Shown in pieces: positions 39,199-52,716 of a DNA stretch of 64,000 bases. The stretch comes from Oikopleura dioica (Eukaryota; Animalia; Chordata). How positions within the stretch are numbered: position 1 is the first letter of the stretch; the number at the start of each line of letters is the position of its first letter. The position numbers were made by a program, and so were the translations under genes. The DNA lies in the NCBI GenBank assembly GCA_907165135.1, contig OU015569.1:8370001-8434000 (forward strand), given 5' to 3'. The notes beneath the pieces were generated by a model. The model searched no databases. It was not told the DNA's origin and saw only the letters and a list, made by a program, of their open reading frames with translations.

Positions 39199-42115
39199 TA
39201 CAGTGAGGATTTTCAGTAAGGCTCGATCGAATCGGTCTGTCGCTCGTCGAGGGTCTTATTTTTGCAGATGTCACAGTAGTCGGTTTCCAAATACATGTAC
39301 AATCTAAAAAGGCTCGCTTGAAACTCGTGACTTGCTCTAGAAGTTCACATCGAGACACTTTGATAGGAAGAGTGATTGTTATGCAATCTCAGAAAAACTA
39401 CCAAAAATGAACTTCGGGATTCGGGATCAAGAATAAGAATAGCTTGGATTGTTTCTCTCCGGGTGTTTTTTGTCATGTGACCAGAGATGCAACCAAAAAT
39501 CGTAAAAGGTTTATGGCATTCAAGAGAGATTCGAAAGTAAGCGAGGTCGAGATGAAAACTCGGTTCACCTGATCACGCACGCTCGTAAAAATAAAATCAT
39601 AAAAGAGCGTCCTATGGGAATCGCCCTAATGGGCTGCTAGTAATTCATTCTTTCTACTTATCGAGTTACGTATTTCTCGCGTCTGGAGGAGTGTCTCTCG
39701 AGTATTAAAGAGAAGGGGCATGGATGTCCCGTCTGTTTCACAGCCGATTAGCCGTCACGGCTCCGGGCCACGTCATTTAGTCATCTTTAACATTTTATTG
39801 CTTTAACTCGCCCTTTGTCATTTCCTCGGCCACATTCCTGTGCCGCCACTGGCGAGACTACTCAATTTAATTTGAAAAAGAAAGATACGATGGGCTGGGA
39901 AGATGACGACGGAAGGAGAATTTCTCTTTAATAACAGGGTCTGTCTCTGTGAACCAAGCCGGGACGACTCCTGAATACAACAACTCAATTGTAAATTCAA
40001 AACAAAAGGAAAAAGTCGATTTTAATTGATTCATATAATAAACAAAGGGGTATTGATGGCAACGCTCGATAAATAGAGGTGAATGGCCCCTGCTACATAA
40101 AGGCCCCGTACTCGTGCTTTACGTAAGCCACGTCCCATTGCCAGCAATTTAAGCAGACAAAAGGCTGACTGGCCTTAGACGCATTATGGAAGTACTCTTG
40201 ATCTTGATTTATGTCTGACTGCTACTCATTCTCCTCCGCTCTTTTTCTGTTCAAACGAGAAGTTCTCTCATCTCATGTTTCCAGGTAGACTAGCTGGGCT
40301 AGTTTGCCTTTTGCTAAATTCTAGTAGTTTTTAGCAAGTCGTCATTTTCGCATTTTACGTAACCCAAGTTTTACATTAATAGCCACCATAAAGTAGGCAA
40401 ATAACTAGCGTTATGTTTATATTCACGAGAAATGAGAATGAACTCAGTGCGAGTTCATGGCCAGTCCTTGACCGCGCCCAAGCGAGTTGAACAAGAACGG
40501 AGCAGGGAAACAGTCTATTTTCGAATGCTGATGAGCAAGGCTTTCTCTTTTCTCTTTGGTACAGATAAAAAATCAATAGGGGGACGCTCTTCCCGAATAC
40601 TTGTATAATCAAGAAATAATTCAACGTTTTACTTATGAATGACGAAAACTCATCTCATCAGCCTAACGCGTAGATGAGCACGAGCCAAAAAATGGAAAAC
40701 GGGACTCGGTTACGTTTCTCTAAAGCTGACTGGCGTATATGTCTATGTCATAATAATATTTGAAGTCACTATTTGAACACTCGACGTAGCTTTGAGAACA
40801 CATTCAGCTCGAAAATATTGATTCATTTTCAACGCCATCGCAATGGAGAACCCTAACGACCAGCCAGATGTGCTATTTCTCACATTCAATTGTAAACTGG
40901 CGGACCTGTTTTTCCCTGTCATCAATTATACTTCAAAATTGAAACACTACAGCAAAGCGGGTAGAATGAATAATCCTCATTTATACCAGCCTAATATACT
41001 TCCAAGGAGGCAGAACTTCTTAAAATCCGAATCTGATCTCTTTTCTGTAAACATATAGGAGAGTATAGTACCATGAAGTTTTACTCTTGAGGGAGAAAGC
41101 CCCTGGGCCCCCTTCCCCGTATCCCGCACAAATCACTGTCGGGGAAGTCTAGAAAATTTCTTAACCACTTGCTTGGCGGTTTAGAAGAATCTCGAGATTC
41201 TGAAGAACAGAATCTGGAAAGTAAACGGGTCTGAGCCAATGAGAGAGCCGACAAGGGTTTGCGCGGCTTCTCCCCAAAATTAGGCGCGCTCAGAAATGCC
41301 CATGTCCCGGGCCAATATCTCTCGCCACATGTCTTCAGACATGGGCAGATTCTCCTATCTCCCTTAACTGCTCAACTTCATGGTAATTTGGAGGTTGTTT
41401 GTAATGTAGGTGGGTTGAACTCTAGCCAAGCACGCTTTAAATAAATAAATGGGTTTAACCCCAGAGGAACACGTGCTCCTATTCGGGATCCCTGGTCTTT
41501 GCGAGTTCATTACGTCCTAAAGAACGACGGACGCACTTTGCCAGCAAATATTTATTCTCAATTTAAAGTAGTTATCTAACAGCCCCCGCTCATTTACTGA
41601 TTAAATATTCACCAAAGATAGGAATACTAATTAACGAATCAAACGTGCTTTTCTTCTCTGATTTCGGTGCTCTCCTAGCTCTGCTCTTTCTCACGTGATT
41701 TCCCAACTCGGAGCTCTCTCTTTCTTTCCTTTCGAAACGACGTTTAAACGTGGCTGTGTGGATTTTCTCCGGTGGCGAGTGAGTATGCGCGGTCATTGTC
41801 CCCGGTGTGTGTATTTTCCCTGTGAAAGCGAGCCAAGAATACTACCGAAATAAAATTTGTGAACTCGGGCGTGGGTGGACGAGTCAGGCTCTTCGAAAAG
41901 AGTCGTCGGATGAGCCAATACAGATCGCCAGCGAATCAGTATTCGCTGTGAGTTATCAGCTCTCCATTCCGTTAAAATTCTGTCAATAATGGCTTCGTTT
42001 TCCTGTTTCGTCTTTCGCTTTGTTATCTGGTCAGCACGAAAATCAGATAACTAAATTTCGATCTCTTCAGTTGCTAGCCCGGGCGGTACCACCACCAGTT
42101 GTTTCACTTTGCTCG

Positions 42116-42942
42116 ATGACATTAGACGTGAAGAATAGAGTTTTGAAACCAGTCCAGGAATCTCGATTTCGCAGCGATTCTGACCCAACCTCGCTGAAGA
42201 ACGCCAAAGAAGCCATGTCAAAGTAGGCCGGAGTGAATTGCTGCTTTCTTAGGGTAACTTCAGGAAATCCCGCCAACAGTCCATCACTGCCTTCACCATC
42301 TTCAAGGACAAAGCGACAATAGAGAACGATAAATCAACCGTCTATTCATCAACTCCCGAAAAGTCGAAAGCCAAAAACGCAAGTTAATTAATTTGCTCTG
42401 CGGGAGAGCACTATTGTACCATCCATTTCAAGTGGAACTTAAACATAAGCAGTAATAATTCTCACGATAGAATAGGTATTAGCTTTTACCTTGAATTCAC
42501 CGGTAATGATAGTCAATTCACTTCCAAAAAATAGGTTTTAGAAAATTCTGGAAACGAAGGGAGTGCAGTACTCCCCAGTAAAGAACGCAGTGGACAGCGC
42601 TGTGGACCTGGAATCGTCCCAGCCGAACGATGCTTACTGGAAATCTCTAGGTCTGCTGGAGAACTCAACAAGTAATCATTTCTTTGCTAGCCGAGGAGCG
42701 GGAAAAAGCTCTGAACGAGACGCTCGAAGAAAACAAGTCTCTTTGTGAAATCATGGAGGTGCGCCAACAAGAACTTGAAGAACTCGCGGTAAATCTGCTA
42801 AGGGATACCCTTGATTTTATAAAACGTCATTCAGGTGGAAAACGCTGAGCTGACAGAAGAGAACCGCCTTCTTGCTGATAAGGCCGCGTCGTTGAGCCAT
42901 TTTGAGAAAATCATTGCCGAACTTACGAACGAAATCGCGTGA
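42116..42942 (+). CDS. GMNN: Geminin-family coiled-coil protein
   Basis: D-box-like RVLKPV near the N-terminus. Spliced PNDAYWKSLAEEREKALNETLEENKSL matches the geminin coiled coil. Confidence 0.75.
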
Positions 42943-44289
42943 ATACACAAATATTACACTTTTGCGCTGTCACTGCGAGTTTTTCTTTTACGCTTTCAAA
43001 TACACTTGCTTTTTGAATGTTCCTGTCTGGGATTTTCTCCCCGCGGAAATCTAATAAAAACAAATGTCAACTACACTTACTCGCGATCTCCGACGACTGA
43101 GTCAAAGAGGCGGATGAAAGAGAGAATTTCATATGAGCAGGGCATCCAAGCAAGATGGGGGTTCAATGATTTCAACTGGCCAAAAGTACTGGGATTTTTT
43201 CGAGTGTAAGGTAGGAGGCGCAAACTGGGGCACGCGGGGTGTCAGGCTAAACGAGCTTTGCAAAGCCACTTGGATTCTTTTTAAGCTTAAATGGCTAGTC
43301 TTCCTAATCCCGCGGAAATGACCTTTCTAGTGTTTCTTTCATCCCTTACAGAGGAGGTAAGGGATGGCGTAGCGCTTTACTAAACGCTTCTCAGACAAAT
43401 AATTATCGATCTATGGAAAGAGCAATCGATTCCGCGGGGAAAGGCAGCACGAGCCAGAGTGCTGCACAGAACAACTTCTGGAAAATGTTTGCTGCCAGTC
43501 TGCTGGAGACAGCGCAGACAATGCTGCTCTCGGATCGTAGCCGGAACGAGCCAATCAGAGCTAAACGAGAGACCCTTCCAGCACACATCTCTCCTGATAT
43601 CCCGATCGTCCTCTTCATTCTCTCCCTTCACTCATCAGGATAGGGTCGAGTTAATCTCTCATTTTATTTAACATGAGGCATGTCATCTTTACTCAAGCCC
43701 CATCAACCGCAATTATGGTTATTTGACGCACTCCTCAATAATTCATGTGAAGTTATGGCCCTCAAATTAAAGTTTATCTCGAACTTTGACTAAGTAATAG
43801 CTGCAAACTTTTCAGATTAATCACAGAACTTTCTCATAAGCAATCTTCTTTAATACCATTATTAGTAATAATTTATTACCATTTAAAGGATGCATTTTGC
43901 TCTGCTCTATGAAATTGTAGGGATGGTCAGAAGAAGAGCAGGATAATCTGCCCTGGGGAGATTCTTACCATTATTGTGAAGTATTTATTGCTGGTGCTTA
44001 ATCACGGCGATCTGCTGTGGGAAAGACCGACTTTGACCCTGAGAGACAGAACGATACTTTCACTTGGCTAATTTTTATGCAACTTAGGTAAAGCAACGCG
44101 TCTTGCTTGGATAAATAGGGGATTAAAGACAAAAGAAAGGGTGATCCATGTTAGATCCTTATTAGTTTCCGTAGAAATCACAAATACCGTTGTCCGGGAT
44201 AGCTTAGTGCGGCCGATGATGGGGTCGACTAGAGAAATATTGATAATGTGGAAGATGTTGAATTTATGATTTCTAACTTTGTGATTTAG

Positions 44290-44831
44290 CCTTGAAGAGA
44301 AAAACGAGAAATCTTTGGATGATGAGAAAATTCAAAAGGCGCTTGTCACCGGCCTGGTCTGCGGCTTCATCTTCATGATCTCTGTGATCGGACTTGTGTG
44401 GTACTGCCATTCGCGTAGGGTAAGCATACGATGCCAGCATCAACGTTTTTCAATTCGTTTAGAAACAACATCCATCGCTCGAGAAAGAAAAATTCCCGAT
44501 GAACCGGCAGAGGAGCCTGTCGAGTTTCCCTCCGAACGCAAACAATCAGAAGACTTGATCCGACTCCCATCTCAAGCAGATGGAACTTGCAATACTATTC
44601 ACACCTTCCATACTAACAACAAAGAATCGCAAGAAGATCGACGTCCCGCCGCCCAAGACATCTTCGCACCGCTGCAACAGACTCAGAGGTTTGACAGGCG
44701 ACGGCGAGCGCGTAGTAACGCAAATTAATTGTAGTAATGATGAGCCCATTAATGCAAATGACTTCCAACCTTCCACTTCGCAAAGCCGCTTTACTGTCGT
44801 GGCGGCCGATGTCACAGAATCGCCCATGTAG
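44290..44831 (+). CDS. Uncharacterised single-pass membrane protein (3' part; upstream exons unresolved)
   Basis: TM segment ALVTGLVCGFIFMISVIGLVWYC followed by a cytoplasmic tail in ORFs 44315-44728 and 44580-44831. Confidence 0.5.
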
Positions 44832-44954
44832 AAAACGTAACAATCCCGAAACAATACGAACCGCCTTCAACACTTATATTGCTGACAATTCAACTACTGT
44901 TCTTCTTATCTAAAGCTTAGAGCTAGAAACTCGATTTCCAATTGATGATTTCAG

Positions 44955-47176
44955 ATGGCGCTTCAGCCGAATCAGCAGGTTCGCGTTGCCTACGATTTTC
45001 AGGGAGAAGCCGCAAATGAAGAGTTGACCGTCAGAGAAGGCGACATTTTGAAAGTTCTCTTCACAGATGTGGGCGAAGGGTGGATTCAGTGTGAAAGTAA
45101 ATATATCCTCTTTCGCTTTTCAATTGATTCATTTATTGGTTCCAGACGCCAATGGCCAGTCCGGTTTGGTACCTGAAGCATACGTCGAGAAAGTAGAAGC
45201 GTCCATGCCGTCCCCTCAAGTGCAGAGCGCAGACAGTGGTTGGGGAATGGACGCTTTCGGAATCTCCGCACAGCCTGCAGGTAAACTTCAACATATACAA
45301 TCGCCGAATACTGTAGCAATCTATCCATCATTTATGATCTGTAGCGCAGCCATCAAATAATTTCGGCAGCGACCCATTCGGCAATGATCCGTTCGGCTTC
45401 GGAACAGCCAAGCCGGCTGCTCAGCCAGTCTCTACATCACAAAATGATCCCTTCGAGAGCAAAAATGATCCATTCGCCCCAACTCCATCTCGAACAGATG
45501 TTTCTTCGTATAATTCAGGCTTCGGTAGGCTCTAGCTCAATTCAAAGCTGAATTAACCGTTCAAATAGAATCGGAAAAGACTATGAGTGGAATGACAGAC
45601 CAGTTCCAGGACGCCACGCTTTCGTCCTCAAAGAAAAGTGGGATCTTCGGCGGAAAGAACAAGTTCACGGATCCATTTTTCATCGGACCATCGCCCGGTC
45701 CATCCCACGACGACTCCATCGCATCCGTCGATTCAGAAGGCGAAATAGTAAGATGGAGAGGCAATAATGAATCTTTCTCGGTATCTGTTGGGAATCCCGA
45801 GAAAAGTTCGAAACTGGGAGGAATGAAAACCTTCATCCAGTACCAAATAACGCCAACGAATACCGGCCGCGGCGTTTTGCGCCGATACAAGCACTTCGAC
45901 TGGCTGCATGAGCAGCTCACGAGAAAATACGCGGCCGTCGCGATTATTCCACCACTGCCTGGGAAACAAGCGACGGGAAGATTTGATGATGACTTCGTCA
46001 CTGATAGAATGAGTCGGCTTCAGTGCTGGTCTGTCAGAATGTGCAGACACCCGCTGATGTCATCTGCGTCTGTTTTTCAACATTTCCTGACCTCATCAGG
46101 TTCGTGCTCTCCAGAAATCATTGTCATTTTCTTATTTAGATGACGAAAAGATTTGGAAAAATGGAAAAAGACAAGCAGAGAAGGACGCTGTTGTTGGCGA
46201 AATTTTCTCTTTGCAACTCAAAGTTCCGGAAGAACCAATCGAACATATGAAACATCAGGTCTGGCTCGCAGAAAGAACGAAACACAATAAATTAATGGGC
46301 GAAGTTGTAAATCAAATGTACTCTTCTTCCGCAAGTCTTCAGGTTAGTAAGCAACAGTTTTGATTGTTCAAGACGAACAATTGCGAATTTCTAATGAGCT
46401 ATTGTTGACGTTTTCCTTTTAGCATAAAATGAGTACGTCTTGCAAGAAAGATTATGAAAAGCTAAGCCAAACGGCAGCCGCATTGGCAGATGCCACCCAG
46501 TTCGACAGATCAGAAGGAAATCAAAAGCTGCTGAAAGCTCTCCAGGTATCGAATTTTCGATGTTGATCGTCTACAATTACCTAATTCGTAGGCCTTTTCT
46601 GGAGAAATGAAAGTCGTTGGAGAAACCGTCTGTTCGCCAGATAATTGGATTCCTCTGAGCGAAGGACTTCTTGAGTACAGAGGATTGCTGCATGCTATGC
46701 CACAGCTGCTTAGTACAAACACCTCCGTGATGGGCCGTCTCGACGAAATGAGAAAAGCGCAGATTTCACAAAAGGTAGAAATCAGATTCTCTCAAGCGTG
46801 CAGCGAGACGCCCATTCGAAAGCCCCGCAGAGTTGATTGGTCTTAATTTTAGGTTTCGAGCGAGCAGTTAAACGAAGCAAAAAGACGAACCGACAATCTA
46901 TCATATGCTGTGAAGGCAGAAATCCAGTATTTCGACGACGAGAGGGTGAAGGACACAACTTCGCTGATAGCAAATTTCCTCAAGCTCCAGATCGCAGCGC
47001 ACCAGAAAGCGGTCGCCTCTCTTCAGGGCGCCCTTCAGTCTATGGTTGACATATTCGGCCGTGATGTCGGAGATGATCTAGCTAGGGGTTCGGAACTATC
47101 ATTTATAACAAAATCTTCATTTAACAAAATATCCTTAAATCCTTCCTTGGCATATATTTTAACGCCAAAGCTTTAG
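44955..47176 (+). CDS. Sorting nexin SNX9/18/33 family (SH3-PX-BAR)
   Basis: SH3 AYDFQGE..GEGW..GLVPEAYV, DPF-rich linker, PX RRYKHFDWLHEQL..PPLPGKQATGRF, BAR WKNGKRQAEKD..KAEIQYF. Confidence 0.9.
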
Positions 47177-48530
47177 CTACACTTACAGCCAATTCCAGGA
47201 AAAATAATCAAGAATTTCCCGAAAATAGCCATGCATGAAAATGAGAAATTAAATTTATAATTTATTCAATTGAACGCGGATAAATACAGCGACGATGGAA
47301 GTTTGAAAAATAAAATTTATCGGCAAAAGTTAGAATTGTATTTTGGAATGAGTTCATGAATTTATAGGCGCGCTTTTTTCATGAAAACTGTCAGAATCAC
47401 TGTATTTGCCTGCGCTAACGATTCGTAATTACGTAAGGTCGTGCACTGAAAATTCAATTCATTATGAAATGGAACAAGAAGTGTACCGGAGTTTGAAATT
47501 TTGCAATTTTGTTGACTTTTGACAGACTGCGTCCGCCGCGTTTCGTATTGATTTTTTACAAAAAAAGCCATCGATCAGGTGGGAATCCTCTGGGAGCTGA
47601 TTTTCGGAGCGCCGCTGTTAGCCGTCAAATGACACGAATGTCGCTATTTTCTCAAATTCCCAACCCAAGGATAGAGTATCTAAGGAGAGAAATCGAAATA
47701 AAGCGCGAGAAATCTGCTGATGCCCAAAAGCTAGAGGGAAACTAAACTGCATCCAATTTGACATTTGGTGCTGTTGTGACCGACGCTTTGTATGGGCAAG
47801 TCGCTCGGACATTTATTAATGTTGTAAACGTTCATATACCCATATTATCACATTCATCATCGAACTTCACCAATCACTGGTACCGCGTGAGTTGTCTTTG
47901 ATGTGCGAAGACATAAAAATCATTTCTCCATGCGTAGAGCTCCCCATCAAAGCTTTTCATTCATCCACATAAAAATTACTCACCATGTGAACCATTTGCA
48001 GTACTTTGACGATGTTCGACAAGGCGAAATGCTGTAACATTGCCTGCGTGACTCGTAACAAGACCTTCCGTCGACGGTCTACGGTAGCCAAGGACACCGG
48101 GAAGTGCAATTCTACATCTTCATATTTATATATATTTATATTCTACGCCAAATTGCTCTTACTTGCTTTCAACAGTATATCTTATGAGCCGAGTGCATTT
48201 TTAACACGAGTTTAACAATAATTGATTCCACACTGATCGAACATTCTACGATGATTGATGGTTAGCCATCCATATTTGTTTCCGTTAATTATGGCAGGAA
48301 CACCTGTCACAATAGAGTGGTATGTTCCATGGGGTCACTCGTGTTTGATTTACACTTTTTCTGATCAGCTCCACCCTGCACCGGGGCGACGGACTTCATT
48401 TTTGCGAGGGAACCCTTTTTCCAATCCTTTCAATCAAAATCTCTACATTTTACTGTTTTGAATCAAAGGTTACTCTTCTTGATTTTCAATATTCAATGAA
48501 ATTTCCATTGACGAGAGCTATTCTTTAGAA

Positions 48531-51312
48531 ATGAACTCAAATGGCGATAAGTCGGATGAAAAGTGCGCCGTCAAAGTTTACTGTCGATTTCGTCCTCTAA
48601 ATCCTTCGGAGGAAGAAAGAAGAGATGAATTTCTACCTTCATTCCAGTCAAATTCTTCCGTTTCCTTTGCTGGAAAGACGTATACTTTCGATCATGTGTT
48701 CGATCCAGAGGTTGAACAGTCTGTTGTGTACGAGTCCGTCGCGTCCAAGCTCGTCGATGATGTTATTAAAGGTAACCATAGGCTAAATATTTAAACTGTA
48801 GCTAGTTGTTTTACTTAGGACAGAATGGTACTGTGTTTGCCTACGGACAAACAGCCTCTGGAAAGACTTACACAATGGAAGGGAGTGATGTTTTCCAGTC
48901 GTCTAAGAGCGGTATCATCCCGCGAGTGGCTCGAGGGCTCTTTCAGAAAATCTATGAACAGCCGGAGCATCTTGAATTCATCATCAAAATATCTTACGTT
49001 GAAATCTACTTGGATAAAATAAGAGATCTCCTCGACCCGAGTAGGGTTAATCTCCCCGTTCACGAAGACAGAGAGGGAACCTCTTTTGTCAAAGGTAGCT
49101 CTTTTTCGATACTCTTTTTCTTATGAAACCGTCTCTAGGGGCTACTGAGAGATTCGTGGCAAGCCCAGAAGAAGTCATGAGGATTATTGAAGAGGGAAAA
49201 AGCAATCGACAAGTTTCAGTGACAAATATGAATGAGCACTCGTCAAGAAGTCACTCACTCTTCTGCGTGCAAGTCAAGCAAACTTCGACATTTGGGGGAA
49301 CAACTCTAAATGGAAAGCTGTATCTCGTAGATTTAGCTGGAAGCGAAAAAGTTGCAAAAACGGGTGCAGAGGGACAAACACTCGAAGAAGCCAAGCAAAT
49401 AAACCTCTCTCTGTCGTCCCTGGGAAACGTCATCTGTGCTCTTGCAGACGGAAGAAAGGTGTGCTAAGCTTCAATGCTTTTTTTTGACTGATTTATTCTA
49501 GTCACACATTCCATATCGCGATTCTAAAATGACACGCATCTTGAAAGACTCGCTCGGTGGCAATTGTCGCACTTCGATTATCATTTGTTGCTCGCCGGCC
49601 GAGTTTAATAAGGATGAAACGCGATCGACACTGATGTTCGGTGTGCGCGCCAAAACAATCGAAAATTCCGTCCAAACCAATATTGAACTCACTGCTGAGC
49701 AGTGGAGAGTCAAATACGAAAAGCAGACCAAGAAACTTGAGAAGCTACAAAGAATGATCGATGGGGGCTCCGAAATCGAAGAAAGACCAGATCCAGAAGG
49801 CGCCAACGACACAATCAGTGTTAATGGTTTGTTGGTACATCCAGATGTTTTTATTATTTCGTAGAAATAGATCTGCACTACGAACGAATCTCCGAATTAG
49901 AGAAGAAAATCATGATCTTGTCAGAGGAGAAGCGGTCAGAAGAACAAGCCAAACAAAAAGCCTTGCAAGAAGTTCAGGTAGTTCAAATCCAAGCCGTTCA
50001 AAAACCATGAACACATTCTAGGACGTCATGCGGGCATTAGAAGAAGTGGCGTTATCTTACGACCAAAAGGCAGAACAAGCTTCAAAAACGGAACAGCTCC
50101 AGTTGCAGTTGGAAGAGGCGCAACTCAGATCCGAAAAGCTTTCGAATGTATTTATTATCCACATTTTATTATTTTTTCTAAAAGTGCTGACTTCTTTTGA
50201 AATTATTCGCAGAAGTCGCACTTTCCGTTATTACCGTAGGAGATTACAGCTTACCGCTCAAAACTCAAAAATAGCCGATTTCATCTTGAAACATTTACGT
50301 TGGGTAGAAAGTATTTATATCTTTAGGAGCTACAAACACGGCGTGACGACTTAGGTAACCTTCAATGTTTGTACATCAAGTATTCTTTATCTATATTGTA
50401 TATTTGTCTTTTCATTGTCTCCCGTTATCAAATCGCAAAGCCAGCGAAGTCGTTGGCTAGCAAGTGTTACACAAACTATTTAAATTCTTCAACTCCGCTT
50501 TTGCCTTCAAAGACTCGCTCGAAAAGAGTGAGAAAAAATTCTTGGAATTCTTCAACATTGTTCTCAATAGACCTCTCATTCCGACAACCAATTCAAAGTT
50601 GTTGTTCAGATGTATTTCAACAGCAGGTTTACTCATTGGCGGCAGACATCGGTGACGAGCTTCTCGAATCCGGAGACAGCGAGATGGCGGACAAGCGAGT
50701 ACTCGAAGAAGTTTTCACGCATCTAAGGCTGCAATTTCTGCAGCAGCGTTCCAGAATCAATGAATACGAGAACTTTGATCAATACCGTCTTGAGACTGAT
50801 CGTCACATTCGAGCATCGATCGACTTGAGAGGCGTTGAGGAACAAGTCACTAAAGAACTAAATCAATTGCGTGGTCTGAGGTGATTACTTATTCTAGCAC
50901 GCGCTTTTAACTTGCGTCAAATAAAGACGGAGTTTTCTTCACGACATCTCGAAAAAGCTAGTCTCCGCGAAATCGAGCGATTTGACGGACGTGATCAGCG
51001 GAGCGCATCCGCAAAAAATAAAGTTCTTGGAAGCGAATTTGGAGCAGTTGACATCTGCCCACAAGGCTCTAGTTAGAGAGAACTATGAATTAAAATCGCA
51101 AACACCCCGCCTCGAAGCACGCCTTAACGCCACCCTCAACCGTTGCAAAAAATTGGAACAGACACTCAAGCAACAAAAAGAACAGATAAGCAAGGTAGAG
51201 GAATAAGTTCTGCTCGTCTATTACAAATCTTAATTAGCTTCAGTCATCCATGATCATCTCAAGCAAACCAAGAGTCGTCAAGCCAATCTGCGGTGGGAAT
51301 AAATGTCATTAA
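48531..51312 (+). CDS. Kinesin-1 heavy chain (KIF5-like), short stalk
   Basis: [73 protein letters not shown], tail VVKPICGG. Confidence 0.9.
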
Positions 51313-51400
51313 ACTGCATGAGCTGCGTACATTGAAAACAAATAAATAGTAGTAACCAATATAATAAAGCCATACTTTTTCTTCAGAGAATATTTATGTT

Positions 51401-52549
51401 ATGAGTCTTCTCGATTTTTTCCCTAAAGAAGGGTTTGTCTTCATAATGTTCGCCGTGATTTTTGTTAGGGGGATTTGTCTCAAATATTTGATTTTTATAT
51501 CAAATCATAGTCTCTTAAATAGAGAGCATTTGTGTACAACTCCAAAAAGTGAGCCTAAAGATCTCAAAGGACTTGGGATCTCTGTTGAAGGGCTGTGTTC
51601 TCGCTGGCTAGGAGACAGGAGACTTAATTTCGTGCAGTATCAAATAAATAGATGCTTTGCAACGATGATCTTCCACAGTCTTTTGCCTGGTTTGTATTCC
51701 TGGCTCAGCTTGGAAGGTGATCTTCGCTGGTCAGCATTGCAGTTCGCTATCCTGCCCTTTCTTTTCACACTTGGCTATGTGTCCTTTTTTATCATGGAGC
51801 TAGCGATCAGTCCTCTTGATCGACAAATTCAACGTCTAAAGATTGTTGGGGAAAGTTACCTAGAGCTCCTGACGAAGATTAATTCCGAAATGACTTCCGG
51901 AAACAAATTTGAAAGTGAATCCGGGAACGTAATCGTTTCTCCTTCGTTTATCGTCAAACTGAGTCCTTATTCGATGAAGATCATCCGCAAACTTGACGCC
52001 CAGTTGAATGTTCTCCGTGTTTCAGAAGTTCCCTCGACGGAGAGAGGTGCCGAGCCCGAAACGAATATGACCGTAGAAGCAACCGGCTTGATGACCAGCC
52101 ATGGCCAGACGAGTTTCAATATTTTCGTCAGAGCATCTGACATGGATCATTTAATTACGTATCTGGGCGACGACGTGGAGATCAACACACAAAATTTTGA
52201 GATTAATACTGTTTGGGACCGATTTCGTATGGCAGCGAAAGGAATTGTGGATACGAACGAAAAATTAGAGAAACGTGAATGCGACGAAGAAATGGAAATG
52301 TGTTTTGCCTGCGATATGAATAGATGCGATATCAGACTTGCGTCATGCGCCTGTGCTGCGATGTGGTGCTTCAGCTGCATCGTAAGAGTATTCGCATCGC
52401 ACCAGGTAAGCTCCCTATTGACGAATCTAATTTCACACCTTTCTTAGGACGCAAAGAGAATTCCGAAAACGCAATGGCTGAGTGGATCTGCTCTTTGTCC
52501 ACACTGTACGAAGGAATATAATATTCTAGGGACGTTTGAGCTTCGCTGA
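51401..52549 (+). CDS. TMEM129: TMEM129 ER membrane RING E3 ligase
   Basis: GISVEGLCSRWLG..FVQYQINR..HSLLP, TM segments, C-terminal CFAC..CACAAMWCFSC..WLSGSALCPHC. Confidence 0.82.
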
Positions 52550-52716
52550 ATATCTTTGTTTATTTATGAACATAATCAGCATCAAACTTCATATAGATAT
52601 CCGATATTTCAATAATCAATCCTGAACGAATCTATCAATGAAAAATCTTCATCATATCTGTACCTTTTCAACGGAAAAATGTAGCTGTATTTTGTTTGAA
52701 ATCGTGTAAATTTAGA

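Noticed and set aside
39360-41950. Long gap between the ZFP36-like gene and geminin, with near-CArG and CRE-like motifs
   Set aside because: The CArG candidates have 7 rather than 6 A/T bases, and short motifs are expected by chance. No ORF is credible.
47740-48400. Possible minus-strand gene between SNX and kinesin
   Set aside because: Only fragmentary frames with stops; no identity.
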